Shown: positions 63,003 to 64,000 of the stretch, one piece after another
How the letters are laid out: the number at the start of each line of letters is the position of its first letter
Position numbering within the stretch: position 1 is the stretch's first letter
DNA from: a virus
Taxonomy: Duplodnaviria > Heunggongvirae > Uroviricota > Caudoviricetes
Virus record (IMG/VR): IMGVR_UViG_3300048838_001248
Location: 1 to 64,000 of that record
DNA: 64,000 bases
Strand: one strand, 5' to 3'
Notes under the pieces: model-generated
What the model was told of the DNA's origin: nothing
Seen by the model: only the letters and a program-made list of their open reading frames with translations
Databases searched by the model: none
Translations under genes and position numbers: made by a program

Positions 63003-63015
63003 AAATAGAAAAATT

Positions 63016-63657
63016 ATGGATAACTTAGGTGAAAATGTAAAATTCGAAGCATCCCATGTAATTAAATTGGGAAGTATTGAACGTAAAAACGCAATTGAAG
63101 AGATTGCATGGCAAGTCTTTTTAAATAGACTTGGTTTGAGTTTTAAAAGAGAACTCACTGACGAAGAAAAGAAATCAATCACCGATGATGAAAGTTATGA
63201 ATACTATCGTCAAGAAGCCGAGAAAATCTACGAAAAAAAGCAACGTGCAGTTTTAAATAAAAAGTATCCTATCATTGATATTCCGGCAGATGGTAGAGCC
63301 AAATGGTATGGTGGTGCTTATTGCCTGTGCTTTGTTTATTCAAAACATAATGGGAATTTTGTTCTCCGGGGTTATATTCGTGAAGTTGAAGAATATCTGA
63401 AAAAGAATTACACCCATTATTTCTGTAATAAAAGTCTTTGGTATGCTGGTCAAAACAGGGACATCTGGAGTTTCTGGAAATCAAATGTAGGAATTTCACT
63501 TCCAAGTATTCGTGAAAGAAAAAAGGGAAAAAAGGTTCAAGTTTGGGCATATCGTAGTTGGTTTGACGAAGATTCAACAAAAGAAGAACGTGAAGAAATG
63601 ACTTTTAAATTCAGACGTATGCCAAAACGTTGGATTTCAGAATTCGATAAATTTTAA
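63016..63657 (+). CDS. hypothetical protein
   Basis: 213-aa ORF after the RNA operon terminator. Confidence 0.5.
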   Translation: MDNLGENVKFEASHVIKLGSIERKNAIEEIAWQVFLNRLGLSFKRELTDEEKKSITDDESYEYYRQEAEKIYEKKQRAVLNKKYPIIDIPADGRAKWYGGAYCLCFVYSKHNGNFVLRGYIREVEEYLKKNYTHYFCNKSLWYAGQNRDIWSFWKSNVGISLPSIRERKKGKKVQVWAYRSWFDEDSTKEEREEMTFKFRRMPKRWISEFDKF

Positions 63658-63659
63658 TC

Positions 63660-64000
63660 ATGGAAGATACACGAGTTTCATTCGAAACAGCAAAATTTGC
63701 CAAAGAAATTGGCTTTGATGTTATTCAGAGATATGGACAAGAAGCCTCATTATATAATAAATTTGGAAAGCATACATATTATATGAATTATGGCTTCATG
63801 TATTCCGGTTTGTCTGATGGGTACATTAGTGCGCCAACTCAAACATTACTTGCTAATTGGGTGAGAAAGAATCATAATATTCATGTTGAAATATATGCTA
63901 ATGCAAGTGGTTGGGGTTACATTCTAACTAAAACCAATGGAACAACAATTAAAGAAATTGATGATGATATTTTCTTTGAATCCCCGGAAGAAGCACTTGA
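63660..64000 (+). CDS. hypothetical protein, 3' partial
   Basis: ORF open to window end (MEDTRVSFETAKFAKEIGFDV...). Confidence 0.45.
   Translation, partial: MEDTRVSFETAKFAKEIGFDVIQRYGQEASLYNKFGKHTYYMNYGFMYSGLSDGYISAPTQTLLANWVRKNHNIHVEIYANASGWGYILTKTNGTTIKEIDDDIFFESPEEAL

Noticed and set aside
1-64000. Search for integrase, transposase/IS elements, capsid, terminase, portal, tail or DNA polymerase genes
   Set aside because: None of the ORFs shows recognisable motifs of these families. This window appears to contain only accessory/host-takeover genes, so no prophage-boundary or mobile-element call is made.

Overview
This 64-kb window looks like the accessory (early/middle-type) region of a large, AT-rich (roughly 33-35% GC) virulent phage. 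No capsid, tail, terminase or DNA polymerase genes are recognisable. About 135 mostly small ORFs are packed tightly, often with ATGA/TAATG stop-start overlaps.

Layout:
- A plus-strand block runs from 1 to about 29.5 kb.
- A convergent bidirectional terminator sits at about 29.58 kb.
- A minus-strand block runs from about 29.6 to 53.0 kb and ends in a divergent AT-rich control region (53.03-53.30 kb).
- A mixed block follows (53.3-64 kb). It contains an antisense GIY-YIG homing endonuclease and a roughly 1.1-kb operon of tRNA-like RNAs.

Recognisable products:
- rIIA (GHKL ATPase motifs) followed by rIIB.
- A phage-encoded ECF-type sigma-70 family sigma factor.
- A peptide deformylase with a C-terminal SEC-C zinc motif.
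- An HNH endonuclease fused to an ATP-dependent RNA ligase (KxDG).
- An SPFH/flotillin protein.
- A macro-domain protein.
- A T4 endonuclease V-like glycosylase.
- An S24 (LexA/UmuD-like) peptidase domain.
- Two GNAT-like proteins.
- A DUF932-like protein.
- YwqK/MORN-like and HicB-like proteins.
- Many zinc-ribbon, acidic, lipoprotein and membrane ORFs.

The main finding is a regulatory system. About 44 copies of an ECF-type promoter, TTGTAAC-N16-CGTATAAT, lie on both strands. Many are fused to intrinsic-terminator hairpins that contain the -35 element. These sit alongside a handful of host-type Bacteroidota promoters (TTTG-N19-TAnnTTTG), one of which precedes the sigma factor gene. Several promoter- and terminator-bounded non-coding units are present, including a three-copy candidate sRNA family. 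All coordinates I derived myself are approximate (about 2 nt). Functional calls come from motifs read by eye, not from database searches.
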